Counted from the first letter of the stretch, positions 1-11,571 are shown. The stretch is DNA of 64,000 nucleotides from Promethearchaeota archaeon (GCA_048941015.1 JBHLNZ010000009.1:16169-80168); one strand, 5' to 3'. Made by a program: numbers and translations. Notes: a model not told the origin generated them from the sequence alone.

Positions 1-398
1 CAGAAATTACATTATTATCTGCCCATGACATATCAAAGGAATTTAATATTCCTGAAAATGTAATTGGAATACTTATTGTTGGGTTCGGTACAAGCTTACC
101 AGAATTAATAGCAGATTTAACTGCTATAAGGAGAGAATCATTTGGAATTGCGGTAGGTGATATCTTAGGCTCTAATATATGTGATATCCTACTAGCTACA
201 GGATCAGGAGCTATTATAGTTAGTTTTAATGTTCCGATGATTATTTTATTTTTTGATATACCCTTTCTATTATTTGCGTTAACAATTGCTTTTTATCTCT
301 TATGGAGTCAAAAAACTTTAAAAAGATGGGAAGGCGTCCTTTTAATTAGTATTTATGCAGGCTATACGATTCTGAAATTATTTCTATTTCAAATTTAA
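1..398 (+). CDS. Ca2+/cation (Na+/Ca2+) antiporter, 5'-truncated by window edge
   Basis: Hand-translated in the frame starting at base 3: alpha-repeat motifs VGFGTSLPEL and GDILGSNICDI, hydrophobic helices, stop TAA at 396-398. Not in the ORF track. Confidence 0.88.
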   Translation, partial: EITLLSAHDISKEFNIPENVIGILIVGFGTSLPELIADLTAIRRESFGIAVGDILGSNICDILLATGSGAIIVSFNVPMIILFFDIPFLLFALTIAFYLLWSQKTLKRWEGVLLISIYAGYTILKLFLFQI

Positions 399-529
399 AT
401 TGAGTTTGATTAACTTATTTTCCTTTTTCAAACCATAAAATTAGTATAATGTTATTTATATGAGGAAAATATAAAGATTGGATTAATTCATCAAAATTTT
501 GATTGATCATGATGCTAAGAGTCTCTTGG

Positions 530-1138
530 TTAATTATTCAGGAATACCATCAGAGCAAGAATAAAGTAAAACAACTGAAAAGGTGTTACCATAATTCTTT
601 CAATTATCCCCCTATACTTACCTGAGGCAAAAATACCGGAGATAATTACACCAACTAATGATAGAATCGCTGAAATAAATGAAAAAATAGCAAAACCACT
701 CCATAGGGGTACGGATTGTAATCGAATCCAAAGTGCTACCATACCCGAAATAGCAAATATTCCCATTAGAACTACGAGGATAATATGCATTTTTCCTTTA
801 TAAGTTGTGAATTCTCCTCCCTCATCAAGAGGAAAGAAAAAAGCTACCAATATTCCCAAAATTGAACTAACCAGTAAAAGAACTGGTCCAATAATGGAAC
901 CTCCCCCGTCAGTGATTCCATCTTGTAATCCAATAAAAAAGACAAATAACAAAATACTTTCTGTAATCACGAGTAATTGGGCTAAACGTCTATTAGGAGC
1001 ACCAACTGCAAAAAGTGAACTTATATCATCATGGATATGGTTGTAACCTGATTGTTTACTACCAATTATAATCCACATCGCAGTATATATGATAGGACTC
1101 AGCATTCCACAAATTGCTAGAATTTGAAACAGATTCAT
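530..1138 (-). CDS. DUF998-like membrane protein
   Basis: About 5 TM helices; GYNHIHDDISSLFAVGAP, a KMH histidine and a GIIER motif as seen in DUF998. Confidence 0.75.
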   Translation of the reverse strand: MNLFQILAICGMLSPIIYTAMWIIIGSKQSGYNHIHDDISSLFAVGAPNRRLAQLLVITESILLFVFFIGLQDGITDGGGSIIGPVLLLVSSILGILVAFFFPLDEGGEFTTYKGKMHIILVVLMGIFAISGMVALWIRLQSVPLWSGFAIFSFISAILSLVGVIISGIFASGKYRGIIERIMVTPFQLFYFILALMVFLNN

Positions 1139-1369
1139 ATTAATTTGGTTTTTTGCTTAAAATTAAAACTTTACTATCTTTAATAAGGATGAGAAAATTA
1201 TATTTATAAAAAATAATTATCTCAGCTTAAACATATATAATCTACTTAAAACTAGATAATTTCCAACCTAAAAAAATAAAATCAGAATAATTAGTATTTT
1301 AATAAGTATTATGGAATTAAAGAAATTAGGTGATAAAAAATTATAGAAAAAATATCTGGTTTTCTCTTT

Positions 1370-1987
1370 TTGTTTATTATAATCACAAACCTTGCTAGTG
1401 ATTTTTTTGGTTATAAAACATTCGGTGATGTGGAATCAGAGGCTCAACTACAAAAGATTAATAAAAATCCTACAAAATTTAAAATTGGCGTAGTATTGAT
1501 ACTTATAGAGCACTTAAGCATAATAATTCTTGCTGTAACGTTGTTTATTGCTTTTAGTCCTTATAACATAATACTTGGAATTGTCTGGTCGATCTCTCGA
1601 ATAGGAGAAGGTTTGATCCAAATTTATGATAAAAAAAACTACTGGGGATTTCTCAACTTAGCAAAAAAGTACTCAGATACTAGTGATGCTGAAAAAGAAG
1701 TGGTAATTGATTTAGGTCGTAGCATTCTCAAAACAAAAACTTCTAGATTCTCATTTGCACAAATCTTATTCTCCATTGGTACACTCGCATACTCAATTTT
1801 GTTTGTTACCTATGGAGTTGTACCAATAATTATCGGGTGGTTTGGAATTGTTGCCAGTATTCTCTATGGTCTCGGTAATGTGATATTTCATATAAATTCT
1901 AACCTTAAAATCCTATGGAGCATCGGAGGTCTGTTAATTCTTCTTTTTGAAGTAATATTGGGAAGCTGGCTATTGTTTTTTGCTTAA
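1370..1987 (+). CDS. DUF4386-like membrane protein; true start probably near 1340
   Basis: Multi-TM; paralog of 5324-6007; the frame stays open upstream as KIIEKISGFLF, matching the paralog N-terminus. Confidence 0.7.
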   Translation: MFIIITNLASDFFGYKTFGDVESEAQLQKINKNPTKFKIGVVLILIEHLSIIILAVTLFIAFSPYNIILGIVWSISRIGEGLIQIYDKKNYWGFLNLAKKYSDTSDAEKEVVIDLGRSILKTKTSRFSFAQILFSIGTLAYSILFVTYGVVPIIIGWFGIVASILYGLGNVIFHINSNLKILWSIGGLLILLFEVILGSWLLFFA

Positions 1988-2198
1988 ATCTAATCATGAA
2001 ATTTTTGGGGAATAAAAAAGTGAAGAGCTTTATAATGGTTATAGGCTCCAATTGTTCATTTTTTTTCCACATCTGTAAAAAAAGCTTTATCAAAATCCCA
2101 ATTTGAATTATCATTCACAAATCTTGAAATAAAATAAAAAAAATTAAATTTAAAGAAATAAACACAACGTATACATAAAAAAGTAAATAAATATCATT

Positions 2199-2564
2199 TT
2201 GAGAGTGGAAGATTTGTATAATTATAAAACATTAATAGGTGAACTGCTAGGTGCGGCTATCGCAGTTGTTTGGATAGCTTTTGCCTTGGTTGGAAGGGGA
2301 AGTATGCTTTTTCTCGTTATTGCCATTGACCTTACTATATTGTTTGGTACATTATCTGGAGGACTTATTGGGCTCAGCAAAAAGGAAATTAATTATAAAG
2401 AAGTACTTGGTTGGCTTTTTGGAGCAAGTATTGGAGTTACTTGGATAACTTGGGCAATACTTTTCCCGGGCGATATGTTAGGTCTTGTTGTTGCCATCTC
2501 CCTTACAATATTATTTGGTGTATTATCTGGCGGTTTAATTAAATTAAGTGGTAAAAGCAAATAA
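2199..2564 (+). CDS. Small 4-TM membrane protein made of two internal repeats
   Basis: Halves align: LGAAIAVVW...LTILFGTLSGGLI and FGASIGVTW...LTILFGVLSGGLI. Confidence 0.7.
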   Translation: MRVEDLYNYKTLIGELLGAAIAVVWIAFALVGRGSMLFLVIAIDLTILFGTLSGGLIGLSKKEINYKEVLGWLFGASIGVTWITWAILFPGDMLGLVVAISLTILFGVLSGGLIKLSGKSK

Positions 2565-2636
2565 AGTACTAAGACACAAGAAAGATAGGAACATCTAAAC
2601 TATTTTTTTTTAATTAAGCATTAAGAGTTAATTAAA

Positions 2637-2891
2637 ATGAAAAAATGGACAGCATTTATAATTGGGTTAATCCTGGTTGTGATTTTTATAATCACTATGT
2701 TTATCCTACCACCACTATTAGGCTGGTATTATCCTAATATTTTGAGTTGGCAGGATTTTTTAGATTCTATTAGCACATTAGAAGGATTAATTATCGGGAT
2801 TGTTACTCAAGCGATTCCGATCATCTGTGTTACAATCGGAGCTATTTTTCTTCTAATTTTTGTGATTAAATTGATTCGGGGTAAAGAATAA
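2637..2891 (+). CDS. Small 2-TM hypothetical protein
   Basis: ATG start, two hydrophobic segments, co-oriented with neighbours. Confidence 0.65.
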   Translation: MKKWTAFIIGLILVVIFIITMFILPPLLGWYYPNILSWQDFLDSISTLEGLIIGIVTQAIPIICVTIGAIFLLIFVIKLIRGKE

Positions 2892-2947
2892 GCAAATTTT
2901 AATTAATTTTTTTTTAAAACAAATATTCATTTTCAAAAGGGTAATTA

Positions 2948-3901
2948 ATGGAGATAAAAATGGAAGATAGAGAAAAAATGAAAGCAGTAGTATATGAAAA
3001 TTATGGTTCACCAGAGGTTCTTAAAATAAAAGAAGTTGAAAAGCCTAACCCCCAAAAAAATGAAGTACTGATTAAAATACACGCAACATCAGTGACTATC
3101 GGCGATGTTATAGTACGAAGAGGTAAACACCCAACTTCTAAATTTCAAACTTTCATGCTACATATTATGTTAGGTTTTAGAAAACCTAAGAGATCTGTGC
3201 TAGGCATGGAATTAGCCGGAGAAATTGAAGCTATTGGAGAAGAGGTAAAGTTATATAAGAGAGGTGACAAGGTTTTTGCATCGACCGAATTCAAATTTGG
3301 TGCTTATGCTGAGTACAAATGTCTACCTGAAGATGGCATAATGGCACTAAAACCAACCAACATTAACTTTGTAGAAGCTGCTGGTGGCTTTGCTTCAGGA
3401 GGAGTGACAGCATTGACAGTTCTCAGAAAGGCAAATATCCAGAGTGGACAAAAAGTCTTGATCTATGGAGCATCAGGAAGCGTTGGTACTTTTGCAGTGC
3501 AGCTTGCCAAGTATTTTGGGGCAGAAGTCACTGGAGTATGTAGTACCACTAATTTAGAAATGGTGAAATCATTAGGGGCAGATAAAGTCATTGATTATAC
3601 TCAAGAAGATTTTACTCAAAGAGGACTTAAATATGATGTTATTTTTGATGCAGTGGCTCGAATTTCATCTTCCCACTGTAAAAATGCGCTCAAGAAGACG
3701 GGTATTTATCTTAATACTATAAAAGATTCTCCAAGCAAATTAAAAACTGAAGATTTAACTTATCTCAAGGAATTAATTGAAACTGGAAATTTAAGATCAG
3801 CTATAGATAGAATCTATCCATTGGAAGAAATTGTTAAAGCTCATGCCTATGTTGAAAAAGGGCATAAGAAGGGAAATGTTGTAATAAAAGTGGTGGATTG
3901 A
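2948..3901 (+). CDS. NAD(P)-dependent MDR-family oxidoreductase (zinc-free, quinone oxidoreductase-like)
   Basis: MKAVVY..YGSPEVL start, [15 protein letters not shown] Rossmann motif, GHKKGNVVI end. Confidence 0.9.
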   Translation: MEIKMEDREKMKAVVYENYGSPEVLKIKEVEKPNPQKNEVLIKIHATSVTIGDVIVRRGKHPTSKFQTFMLHIMLGFRKPKRSVLGMELAGEIEAIGEEVKLYKRGDKVFASTEFKFGAYAEYKCLPEDGIMALKPTNINFVEAAGGFASGGVTALTVLRKANIQSGQKVLIYGASGSVGTFAVQLAKYFGAEVTGVCSTTNLEMVKSLGADKVIDYTQEDFTQRGLKYDVIFDAVARISSSHCKNALKKTGIYLNTIKDSPSKLKTEDLTYLKELIETGNLRSAIDRIYPLEEIVKAHAYVEKGHKKGNVVIKVVD

Positions 3902-4854
3902 TAATGAAAGCAATTGTATACACAAACTACGGACCTCCGGAGGTTCTTCAACTCAAGGAGGTCGAAAAACCAATTCCCAAAGACAAAGAAATATTGGTAA
4001 AAATATATGCGACAACTGTAAATTACGCAGCAAGATTAGTTCGAAGCGGTAAACACCCAGATAAAAAAGTTTATACTCTTGCGATACGATTAATGTATGG
4101 TCTAAGAAAGCCAAAAAGAAGTATACTCGGATATGAGTTTGCTGGAGAAGTTGAAGCAGTGGGAAAAGATGTAACTCTTTTTAAGAAAGGTGATCACGTT
4201 TTTGGGACAACAACTGGATTATTTTTTGGTACTTATGCTGAATATGTATGCATACCTGAGGAATGGAAGAAAGGGATGGTGGCAATAAAACCGGCTAGTA
4301 TGAGTTTTGAGGAAGCTGCTGTTATCCCTATTGGGGGTAGTACTGCATTGAATTACCTAAGAAAAGGAAATATACGAAGTGGACAAAAAGTCCTTATCTA
4401 TGGAGCTTCTGGGAGTAATGGTACCTTTGCAGTACAGCTTGCTAAATACTTCGGAGCAGAGGTCACCGCTGTATGTAGTACAAGGAATCTAGAAATGGTA
4501 AAATCTCTGGGAGCTGATAGTGTAATAGATTACACTAAAAAGGATTTTACTGAAAGCGGAATACTTTATGATCTTGTTTTTGATGCCGTTGGAAAAGCTT
4601 CATCTTCAGATTGCAAAAAAGTACTAGCTCCAAACGGAAACTATGTTTCAGTTTTAAAGGGTTCATATCGAGAAAAAGCTGAGGATTTGATTTTCTTAGG
4701 ACAGCTTTTTGAGGAAGGAAAGTTAAAACCAGTTATAGATAGAAGTTATCCCTTGGAAAAAACTGCCGAAGCACATGCCTATGTTGATAAAGGACATAAG
4801 AAAGGGAATGTAGTAATAATTGTGAAACATAATAACAAAAAAGAGGGGATATGA
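3898..4854 (+). CDS. NAD(P)-dependent MDR-family oxidoreductase, paralog 2
   Basis: Same motifs ([24 protein letters not shown]). Confidence 0.9.
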   Translation: MIMKAIVYTNYGPPEVLQLKEVEKPIPKDKEILVKIYATTVNYAARLVRSGKHPDKKVYTLAIRLMYGLRKPKRSILGYEFAGEVEAVGKDVTLFKKGDHVFGTTTGLFFGTYAEYVCIPEEWKKGMVAIKPASMSFEEAAVIPIGGSTALNYLRKGNIRSGQKVLIYGASGSNGTFAVQLAKYFGAEVTAVCSTRNLEMVKSLGADSVIDYTKKDFTESGILYDLVFDAVGKASSSDCKKVLAPNGNYVSVLKGSYREKAEDLIFLGQLFEEGKLKPVIDRSYPLEKTAEAHAYVDKGHKKGNVVIIVKHNNKKEGI

Positions 4855-4861
4855 TAAAATT

Positions 4862-5230
4862 ATGGAAGATGTGAAAATAATACTCGCATTTATATGGGTA
4901 GCCACAATGCTAATTTATTTATTAGGTGATGTGCTACGCATTTTTGCTGGAGATTTTAAACCTGGTGAAGTAGAAGGTAAACCAGTATCGCATAAAATGT
5001 ACTTTGGTATGGCAATAATAATGGTAATTCCGATTGTTATGGTTGTTTTATCCATTATATTGGAGTTTCCTGTGAATGGTTGGGTAAACATAATCGTAGC
5101 CATTTCCTTTTTTGGTTTCAATCTCATTGGAATCAAGGGTTACAAGGCCTATGATATATTTTTACTAATTGTAAGTTTTATGTTTAACGTACTAATTATA
5201 TGGTATGCATCGGCTCGATTATTAATATAA
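4862..5230 (+). CDS. DUF6326-like membrane protein
   Basis: KIILAFIWVATMLIYLLGDVL N-terminal motif, 4 TM helices. Confidence 0.65.
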   Translation: MEDVKIILAFIWVATMLIYLLGDVLRIFAGDFKPGEVEGKPVSHKMYFGMAIIMVIPIVMVVLSIILEFPVNGWVNIIVAISFFGFNLIGIKGYKAYDIFLLIVSFMFNVLIIWYASARLLI

Positions 5231-5323
5231 ACTTTTTTAAATTTTTTAGCAGATACTATGTTTAATAAAAAATATATATTAAAAAAGAGGAAAAAAAATG
5301 AAGAATAAATTGGAGGGTTCCTA

Positions 5324-6007
5324 ATGATTATCTTAACGAGGTTATCTGGTTTTCTATATCTCCTTATCTTGGTTTTACAAATTGCAATGGCAGCATTTGG
5401 ATATATATTAGAACCAACACCAAAACATTATGAATCAGATTATAAGCTACAAAATTTTAACAAAGATCCAAAAAAGTTTAAAACTGGTGTCGGGATAGCA
5501 CTCATAGAACACTTTTGTGTAATTACACTAGCTATAATGTTGTTTATTGTAATTAGCCCATATAATATACTACTTGGAATTGTTTTGATAATCTTTCGAG
5601 TAGCAGAAGGCTCGATCCAAGTCTATATTGAAAAAGATTATTGGGGACTCCTTAATATAGCAAGAAGATATTCAACAGCTAGTGTTACGGAGAAAGATTC
5701 ATTGATGGATTCATATCAAAACATTCTCCAAACAAAAAGCTATAGATTCGCGTTTGCTATGATCGGTTGGTCAATTGGAACACTTGCATTTTCAATTGTG
5801 TTAGTTACTTACGGATTAGCAATCCCCTTTATTGGATGGTTAGGATTAGCTACCAGTATTTTGATTGGTTTCGCTAATGGGATGAAACTTGTAAAACCTG
5901 AAGTTAAGGCCTATGAATCTTTGTCATCATTTAGTGGTATATTAGCAATTTTATTTGAAGTACTTATCGGAATAGCGCTTATGTTTTTTCCACCCATTAT
6001 CCCATAG
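5324..6007 (+). CDS. DUF4386-like membrane protein
   Basis: Multi-TM; RLSGFLYL, RVAEG and FEVLIG motifs; paralog of 1370-1987. Confidence 0.7.
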   Translation: MIILTRLSGFLYLLILVLQIAMAAFGYILEPTPKHYESDYKLQNFNKDPKKFKTGVGIALIEHFCVITLAIMLFIVISPYNILLGIVLIIFRVAEGSIQVYIEKDYWGLLNIARRYSTASVTEKDSLMDSYQNILQTKSYRFAFAMIGWSIGTLAFSIVLVTYGLAIPFIGWLGLATSILIGFANGMKLVKPEVKAYESLSSFSGILAILFEVLIGIALMFFPPIIP

Positions 6008-6108
6008 CTAATACATTACAACTCATGAGAGGAAAAAAATTACTCAATTAATTATTTAGTAAGCACAAAGCCAGCAAATAAACAAATTTCAAAAAAAGAG
6101 AGATAATT

Positions 6109-7101
6109 ATGAAAGCGATTATATGGACAGAATATGGGCCACCAGATGTACTTAAACTCAAAGAGGTAGAAAAACCTAGTTCAAAGGATAATGAAATATT
6201 ATTAAAAATTCATGCTACATCAGTAACAATGGGCGATTGCGAGATGCGAAGTCTCAAATTTTCTCGCTCCTTGGCTCTCTTCATGAGATTGTATAATGGC
6301 TTAAGAAAACCAAGAAAAATCACAATATTAGGACAGGATGCAGCCGGAGAAATTGAAGCCGTAGGTAAAGATGTAACATTATTTAAGAAAGGTGACCAAG
6401 TTTTTGGGTCTACTGGGTTCAAAATGGGCGCATATGCTGAATATCTATGCCTTCCTGAAAAATGTATGATGGCACTAAAACCGACCAATATGAGCTATGA
6501 GGAAGCCGCCGCAGTACCTCTTGGAGGTCTTAATGCACTATATTTTCTTAAAAAAGCAAATATCAAAAGTGGAAAAAAGGTTTTAATTAATGGTGCAGGT
6601 GGAAGTATAGGTACTTTTGCGGTTCAACTTGCAAAGTCATTTGGGGCTATAGTGACTGGCGTGGACAGCACAGATAAATTGGAAATGCTACGTACCATTG
6701 GAATTGACCATGTAATTGATTACACTCAAGAAGATTTCACCAAGAAGGATGAGAGCTATGATGTTATTTTTGACGTAGTACGCAGGAGTTCGTTTTCAGG
6801 TTGTATAAGGGTGTTGAACAAAAACGGAATCTATCTTCAAACTAACCATGGGATTTTAAGGAGAGTTAGAGGACGATTGACTTCACTTAGAAGTAGCAAA
6901 AAAGTAATTAGTGGGGCAATATCAGAAAGAACAGAAGATTTAATGCATCTCAAAGAGCTTATTGAGGCTGGTAAGATCAAATCAGTTATAGATAGAAGTT
7001 ATGCACTGGAACAAACTGCTGAAGCTCATAAGTATGTTGAAACGGGACAAAAAAAGGGGAATGTAGTAATAGTTATAAAACACAATAAGTTGGAGGAATA
7101 G
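6109..7101 (+). CDS. NAD(P)-dependent MDR-family oxidoreductase, paralog 3
   Basis: [24 protein letters not shown]. Confidence 0.9.
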   Translation: MKAIIWTEYGPPDVLKLKEVEKPSSKDNEILLKIHATSVTMGDCEMRSLKFSRSLALFMRLYNGLRKPRKITILGQDAAGEIEAVGKDVTLFKKGDQVFGSTGFKMGAYAEYLCLPEKCMMALKPTNMSYEEAAAVPLGGLNALYFLKKANIKSGKKVLINGAGGSIGTFAVQLAKSFGAIVTGVDSTDKLEMLRTIGIDHVIDYTQEDFTKKDESYDVIFDVVRRSSFSGCIRVLNKNGIYLQTNHGILRRVRGRLTSLRSSKKVISGAISERTEDLMHLKELIEAGKIKSVIDRSYALEQTAEAHKYVETGQKKGNVVIVIKHNKLEE

Positions 7102-7103
7102 TT

Positions 7104-7571
7104 ATGAATTCTCTAATAGTTTTATATTCATATCATCATCATAATACTGAGAAGATTGCTAATGTCTTCGCAAAAGTTCTTGATGCTAAAATAAAAACAC
7201 CACAACAAATAGATCCTGAAGAGTTTCAGGAGTATAGCCTAATAGGTTTTGGTTCAGGGATATATAGTGCAAAACACCATAAACTTTTACTTGACCTTGC
7301 GGATACTCTTCCCCAAGCTCCCAACGAGAAAGCATTTATTTTTTCAACTAGTGCATTAACAGGAGAAAAGAAGATGGCTGAAGATCACTCGTTGCTTAGG
7401 GAAAAACTAAAATCAAAAGGTTATATAATCGTTGGTGAATTTCAATGTAAAGGTTTTAACATTAATAGTTTCATGAAATATTTTGGAGGAATGAACAAGG
7501 GAAGACCTAATGCTGAAGATCTCAAAAATGCAGAAAATTTTACTCAGAAACTTAAGCAGAGCCTGGAATAG
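7104..7571 (+). CDS. Flavodoxin family protein
   Basis: YSYHHHNTEKIA FMN-phosphate loop variant, GFGSGIY, GRPNAEDL. Confidence 0.85.
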   Translation: MNSLIVLYSYHHHNTEKIANVFAKVLDAKIKTPQQIDPEEFQEYSLIGFGSGIYSAKHHKLLLDLADTLPQAPNEKAFIFSTSALTGEKKMAEDHSLLREKLKSKGYIIVGEFQCKGFNINSFMKYFGGMNKGRPNAEDLKNAENFTQKLKQSLE

Positions 7572-7604
7572 TAGTGGATCTTGTACAGATTAACTTTGAA
7601 GAGC

Positions 7605-10037
7605 TTATTTTAATGGTATAAATAAATTATTTTTATACGCTTCATGCACCATGAAATAAGCTTCCTGATCTGAAACATTCATTTCTTTCGTAAGAATGGA
7701 AACGATTTCCGCAGGATAGAAACCCTCAGATCTAGGTATAAAGTCGTTTAAAATAGCTTTAAATGATTCAGAAACATCATATGTATTTAATTGCTTTAAA
7801 TTAATGGTACATTTTTTATTTAGGTTCATATTAAGACCTGTTTCAATTGTATCCTCAAAATCTTTGAAAACCTGGAGGTCTCCATCGAAGCTTTTTAAAT
7901 CATCAACATGCTTAGTTTCATAAGCCCTTAAAACTTGTCCACACTGTTGTTTTATTAAGTCTCCAAGACTTTTGTAAGAAACTAAACCTAATCTAAGATA
8001 TTCACCATCCATAAGGGTTATAGTAAATTCATTATATTGAATAATATTATCTCCGCCTTCACCACGAACTTTTAGACCCATTTGATTAGCAAGTTCATTT
8101 TTGAAACTTCCTATAGCAGATATAAAACCAGAGAATAAATTTTCATCCAATCCGATACCACCATGAAGGGCAATTTTAGAAAGACATAACCCTGATTCAT
8201 TGTGTATGGCCAAAATTGTAATAATACTAGTAATATCTTTAAAGTATTGTGCATCTGATAATTCTTCTTTAGTTAAATCTCTTGATTTTTGTATTTCGCC
8301 CTTATTTGATCCCCTCCGAATCAGAATTCCAGTAAGTATAATTGCCAATACTGCAACGATACTAACAATAATGATTACAATTAACTCAAGGGAAGGGGGT
8401 TCATCACCAGGGGTTTGGGAGCCATCAGGCGTGTGGGAAGTATCTTTTATTATGAGTACAGAATTAGAACCTGTTTTCCATGCAATATCTCGAGCATAAA
8501 AGGAAATATTTACATAACCATCACTTAATGTACTCCACGTGTCTTGGTCAATTGTACCGTTTTCTGTAAAGTAGTATTTTATACTGCTATTATTTATTGT
8601 ATACCACATGTAATAAATATAAGTTTCATTGACTAATACGTTAAATTCAGGAGCATTATTATCATATTTACCTGAAGTCGGAGTATTGATGTTAATAATG
8701 GGAGACCAATTATCCACAATAGGAAGACTGTCATTTGCATTAGCCGGACCAGAAATATTAAAGGGAATATCACCAATGTGATCGTTATTTAAATCTAAAC
8801 CAGTATAATTATCCCAATAATTCCCAACCATTGTATTATTCCAAAAGGTTGCTGATCCGTTATCAAAAGCATGAAATGTGTTTGAAATGAAGGAATTTCT
8901 ATAAAATAAATTATTAATATCAGAAGGATCATAAATGTACACTCCAAAATTATTATTATCTTTAATTATATTATCGTGAAATTCATTATCATCACAATTT
9001 ATATGTAATCTTATTGCATAATTTCCTGTATTATTGAAAAAATTTCGAGCTATTTCACCTCCATCACATCCACTCATATAAATTGCTGAAGAACCACCTG
9101 AAATTGTATTACCATTGATTTTATTCTGATAAGCATTTACCATGTACAAACCACTACCGCATTCTCTTATTTGATTATTAATTACTAAATTCTCATCAGA
9201 ACCAACCAATAATATTACATAACTATTAAGATTCTCAAACAAATTTAACGAAATATTATTTTGTTCGCAAAAACTTGCTACTCTAATTCCATAATCTTGT
9301 TGAATTGTGGCTGAATTTTTGATTGTGTTATTATTTATCAAATTCTCTCTACAATAATAATCAATATGAATTCCATAAATATTATTATCATATATCATAT
9401 TATCCAGAATTTTATTGTTATCACAATAATATCTAAGATATATTCCAGTATCCTGGAGATTTGTACCATCATTCTTTATTGTATTCCCAAGAATTTTATT
9501 ATCATTACAATATGAAGATAAATTAATCCCGTACAACCCATTATTAATTAATTTATTTTTTGAAATGGTATTATTAACACAATTAAACATGCTAATTCCT
9601 GAGTCTAAGTTGTCTAAGAGACTATTATTAATTATAGCCCCCTTATTCGAATTTTCTAATTTGATTCCCTTATCAGCCCCAAAAATAGTAACATTGTTAA
9701 TTTTAAAATAAACATTAGTGGAATTCTCAATCCAAATGCCACAACCTGTTGGAGAGTTGCTTGCATTAATTATCATGTTTTCAATTAAATAGGGATCCCC
9801 CCATATACCTGAACCAGAACACCAATCAGATTGATTAGCAACGGTCCAATTTAAATCGGTAATATGAATAAATGTAAAGTTATCCCAATATCCCGCTAAC
9901 TTTAAATTAGGTGTTCTAATTTTTAAATTCTCTTGAGCTGTGTCATTTGGATCTTCAATATTAATTTGTATAGAAATTGTAAAAATCGTCAGAAATAGTA
10001 TTAGAAATGCAATAAATGGTTTCATTTTTGTTTTCAC
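7605..10037 (-). CDS. Single-pass membrane protein: NosD-like parallel beta-helix, Ig-like domain, TM, cytoplasmic longin-like domain
   Basis: Signal peptide, Asn-rich beta-helix repeats, GNYWDNY..D..D.IGD motif, TM LIVIIIVSIVAVLAIILTGILI, then LAIHNESGLCL...LFSGFISAIGSF. Confidence 0.8.
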   Translation of the reverse strand: MKTKMKPFIAFLILFLTIFTISIQINIEDPNDTAQENLKIRTPNLKLAGYWDNFTFIHITDLNWTVANQSDWCSGSGIWGDPYLIENMIINASNSPTGCGIWIENSTNVYFKINNVTIFGADKGIKLENSNKGAIINNSLLDNLDSGISMFNCVNNTISKNKLINNGLYGINLSSYCNDNKILGNTIKNDGTNLQDTGIYLRYYCDNNKILDNMIYDNNIYGIHIDYYCRENLINNNTIKNSATIQQDYGIRVASFCEQNNISLNLFENLNSYVILLVGSDENLVINNQIRECGSGLYMVNAYQNKINGNTISGGSSAIYMSGCDGGEIARNFFNNTGNYAIRLHINCDDNEFHDNIIKDNNNFGVYIYDPSDINNLFYRNSFISNTFHAFDNGSATFWNNTMVGNYWDNYTGLDLNNDHIGDIPFNISGPANANDSLPIVDNWSPIININTPTSGKYDNNAPEFNVLVNETYIYYMWYTINNSSIKYYFTENGTIDQDTWSTLSDGYVNISFYARDIAWKTGSNSVLIIKDTSHTPDGSQTPGDEPPSLELIVIIIVSIVAVLAIILTGILIRRGSNKGEIQKSRDLTKEELSDAQYFKDITSIITILAIHNESGLCLSKIALHGGIGLDENLFSGFISAIGSFKNELANQMGLKVRGEGGDNIIQYNEFTITLMDGEYLRLGLVSYKSLGDLIKQQCGQVLRAYETKHVDDLKSFDGDLQVFKDFEDTIETGLNMNLNKKCTINLKQLNTYDVSESFKAILNDFIPRSEGFYPAEIVSILTKEMNVSDQEAYFMVHEAYKNNLFIPLK

Positions 10038-10271
10038 TATAAAATACCCCTTTATTCCCTAATGAATGATAAAATTATTCTATAAAAAATATAAAGTTCA
10101 TAAATATAGGTTTTTGTTTTTTCAATTAAATAGAAAATTTTCTATTAGAGATGAGTATTTCGGGAATATGCACCTAGTGCCGAAAGAAAAAATAAATGAG
10201 TGAGCAGGAAAAACTATTAAAGTTATTAGATTCATATGATGTGATACACAAATAAAAAAAATAGTTAGATT

Positions 10272-10925
10272 ATGGAAGAACAAAAGATAATTGAAACAGA
10301 AAATCTTAGAAAATATATTAATAAATTAGATATTGATACTTTTGGTATTGCTGACATGCTTTTTTTAAAGGAAATGGAGACTGGTCTTCCTACAGATGTA
10401 AAGAAATTCGTAGATGTGTTTCCTTATGCGATTGTATTGGGAGCTCAATATGGAAAGTTAGGGAAAAAAGCATCTGGAGGCGAAACTGCACTATTTTTAG
10501 AAAAAGCTGCCTTTTCAATAATGGAATATTTAGAAGATAAAGGTTATAAACAACTTATTATTCATACTGAAGACGAATTTGATCCTATTAATCGCTTAGG
10601 ATTTATGTCGCTTAAACTCTTAGCAAAAACGGCTGGACTTGGATGGCAAGGAAGGTCATTATTAATTGTATCTCCAGAATATGGTCCTTTACATCGTCTA
10701 ATTGCTATTTTGACCGATATCCCGCTTCAAGCAAACAAAGTAATTAAAAATGAATGTGGTGACTGCCGAAAATGTATAGAAGCTTGTCCTCAGAATGCTC
10801 TTACTTTTAATAATTTTAAAGATCATCCTCAACATAGGGAGGATGTATTGAATATTAAGTCTTGTTTGGGAGATAATGGATGTATGATATGTATTTTGTC
10901 CTGTCCTTGGTTAAAAAAATCTTAA
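10272..10925 (+). CDS. QueG/reductive dehalogenase-like Fe-S protein
   Basis: AGLGWQGRSLLIVSPEYGP; CGDCRKCIEACP; GCMICILSCPW. Confidence 0.8.
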   Translation: MEEQKIIETENLRKYINKLDIDTFGIADMLFLKEMETGLPTDVKKFVDVFPYAIVLGAQYGKLGKKASGGETALFLEKAAFSIMEYLEDKGYKQLIIHTEDEFDPINRLGFMSLKLLAKTAGLGWQGRSLLIVSPEYGPLHRLIAILTDIPLQANKVIKNECGDCRKCIEACPQNALTFNNFKDHPQHREDVLNIKSCLGDNGCMICILSCPWLKKS

Positions 10926-11032
10926 TATTTTAAAAAATAATTTTATTCAAACTATACATGAGATTATATTATCTAATGTATAATGAATTACCTGATTAAT
11001 GATGATTTATGACAAGAATTAAATAGAAATCA

Positions 11033-11464
11033 TTAATGGTGAGAATTTTTAAATGCTTTTGCGCAATGTATACAGCAAAAATTCAATTCTTTACCCTTAA
11101 TTGTTTCAACATGAAAATCTTCATAAAGTTTAACACCACAGCTAGCACATACTTTCAATTTTGATTCTATAGCTGCTTCAATTAAGTTACTAAAGCGCTG
11201 AAAAATGTTATCAATAAACTCTTTTCCCGATGTGGTTAATTGAAATCCTTTTGATTTTTTTGATTTTGGATTAGGAGTGGGAATTATATATCCTTCTGAT
11301 TGGAGCTTATTTAAAAAATCATATATATAAGTTGGGCTTGCCGTCTTCCCTAAATCTGATTCAAGCCGCTTTATAATATAATATCCCGTGACTGACTTTT
11401 TAGATTTTAATAATGTTAAAGTATAAAACTTTGTTAGGTTTTGGATTTTAATACTATCACTCAA
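11033..11464 (-). CDS. PadR-type winged-helix regulator with C-terminal TRASH-like metal-binding domain
   Basis: TGYYIIKRL..SPTYIY..L..EGYI..FQLTTSG; CASCG...FCCIHC; divergent from the copper genes. Confidence 0.82.
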   Translation of the reverse strand: MSDSIKIQNLTKFYTLTLLKSKKSVTGYYIIKRLESDLGKTASPTYIYDFLNKLQSEGYIIPTPNPKSKKSKGFQLTTSGKEFIDNIFQRFSNLIEAAIESKLKVCASCGVKLYEDFHVETIKGKELNFCCIHCAKAFKNSHH

Positions 11465-11571
11465 TTAATGAACTCCTCCATTTCATAATCTTAGGATATT
11501 AATGGAAAATCCCTATATTAATAATAGCTTTTATAATTTATAAATATATATTTTATAATAACAATTCTTAA

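Noticed and set aside
10151-10200. Hairpin TTTCG..GCAC-CTA-GTGC-CGAAA preceded by ATGA, considered as a SECIS element
   Set aside because: No GA at the required 3' position, it lies between divergent 5' ends, and no adjacent gene has an in-frame TGA. It remains an unexplained small hairpin.
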